From assembly GCF_037042905.1 (NCBI RefSeq), contig NC_087245.1, positions 33,420,001 to 33,484,000 of the forward strand: a DNA stretch of 64,000 bases, given 5' to 3'. This stretch comes from Lytechinus pictus. Lineage: Eukaryota. Of this stretch, positions 62,219 through 64,000 are shown in pieces. The position numbers were made by a program, and so were the translations under genes. Each line of letters starts with the position of its first letter. Positions within the stretch are counted from its first letter, which is position 1. The notes below the pieces were generated by a model. The model ran no database searches and was not told the DNA's origin. It saw nothing but the letters and a program-made list of their open reading frames with translations.

Positions 62219-64000
62219 CTTACATTTGACAAGGACCTGAAATAAAAGGAAATTGAACCAAATAGTTACTACTTGCTTGATTGTGAAAATACCAAACAAA
62301 CATTGCTTCAATATCATACTTCAAAATTTTAGGAGCTTACAAATGTCAATTATTCTCATGCATTTTGCACAAACATTATTTTGATTCAAACATGAAATAA
62401 AATTAAAACAGAGACATAAATTGAAGCCTCACATTATTAAACAGTTTTGGCCATCACTCTAAATACATCTACACTGAAGCCACTTGGACCACACACCTAA
62501 GTTTGTTTCTGTGTACGCTATGAGACAAGTCCTAAACTCAGGTATATTTTACATGCAAAACAAACTCAAGAGATAGCTATCAACATTCACAATTCAAGGA
62601 TTGAAAATTTGGGATACAAATGTTAGAAATTTTGAGCTCCATAACAATACTCCAGTCCCCATGTTTAAGGATTTTTTCTATAAAAAACAACAACCCAGAC
62701 AGAGCACTTGGAACATCATGTATTTTTGCATGGATTTTGATCCCACAGCTGCCACCAAAATTACATAAGAGATTTATTACTAAATTCTTTAATGAAATTT
62801 GATTAAATTTTCAGTGTTTTGTTTGTCTGATTTTTCTTAATCTGTTTAAATCATATTCTCAGCCCGGAGCATCCCTTTAAACAGATTTAGAAAAATCAAA
62901 CAAAACACTGAAAATTTGATCAATTTGATCAAAATCTGACTAGAAATATCAATGTTATGGCATTTTAAAAATTTGCATTATTCCGGTGAAACAGTTCTAG
63001 GCATGTCTTCATGAATATTCAATGAGCAACTTGATGATGTCATATCCCCAATTGTTCTTTGTATTCTATTATATGACATTTGGTTTATTCAACTGAAAAA
63101 AATTGGATTGACAACTGATTTAGTGCATTAGATATTCATTATAAAGGAGACACATTATTCACACATGTATGAAAAAATGAAACAATTATGATTTCATGTA
63201 ATAACATAAGAAAAAGAAAATGGGGATGTTACATCATCAGCCCACCTAATGAATATTCATGATGATCTGATGTGCATTCTGTTTTCATAAATTATTGCTA
63301 AACTTTGAAATTCAATAACTTCGTTATTTGTTATCTGATTTTGATGAAATTTTCAGCATCTCTTATTCTCTTCTGAACTTCTTCCTCTGTTAGTTTTGGA
63401 GATCAGCAGAGAGATCCTGCACGTAGTAGTCTAATGTTTGTCTTCACAATAGTAGGCCCGGTCTATGTAATAATGTATTGTAATAAGAGTGGTCAGTCAG
63501 AGTGTTTAACATTATTTTCATGTAAGGCTTTATACTCACCAAACGTGCCGAATGAGATAAACAAGGGACCAAAACAGAGTTGAATAGACTGTATGTCTAT
63601 TACTATTAGTATGGTAGTTGGTGCATGGCGAAGCCTCAGGTCAGTCAGGACTCGGGAGCTATGCACTGCAGTGCAGTCTCATCTCACCCAGTCTCAGCTC
63701 AGCTTGTCTGAAAATGAACTGCACTAGCCACTATGCACAGATTCCATTTGATTCCATTCAAAATTTTTAAATTGATCTCAATATAGTGCAGACTGTGGGC
63801 ACTTGTCATGCTTGTCGAATCAAATGTCAAAATGGGCAAGCTATAACAGATATGGGAAAAATAAAGTTGATGACAACTGCCATATTAATACATGGGATGC
63901 CTTCACAGTACACAAACTATAGTGGGGCATCCGTGATTGAAGTATATTGCAAATATGATCTATGAGAATATACTACTACACACGTAGTAGTCTATTCTGA

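Noticed and set aside
62219..62317. N-terminal 33 aa of the 729-aa ORF
   Set aside because: Most of it spans a polypyrimidine tract and AG acceptor at 62237, so it is probably intronic
63531..63600. Possible 5' UTR exon of the zinc-finger gene (donor after 63540)
   Set aside because: Only a consensus donor; no acceptor or TSS support

Overview
AT-rich animal genomic DNA, most likely an echinoderm such as a sea urchin (inferred from repeat content and gene style). Three host genes are visible. (1) A minus-strand type I membrane gene with a sushi/CCP domain, S/T-rich stalk micro-exons and a TM exon; it may be decaying and runs off the window start. (2) A complete 12-coding-exon front-end fatty acyl desaturase (FADS1/2-like, 453 aa, + strand, 18443-48411) with HPGG and all three His boxes. 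(3) A minus-strand C2H2 zinc-finger gene encoded in one large exon, with an Ikaros/Pegasus/Hunchback-type C-terminal finger pair. Introns and flanks are dense with transposons. The most notable structure is an 8.4-kb fossil PIF/Harbinger transposon in desaturase intron 9: it has TIRs, a 3-bp TSD and a spliced HARBI1-like transposase pseudogene, and it is nested inside a TTAA element while carrying further inserts. Also notable are a minimal hammerhead-like motif in intron 3, two hAT-like elements with apparent 5-bp TSDs, and a ~190-bp intronic palindrome. I found no clearly new biological system. All calls were made by eye, without database searches.
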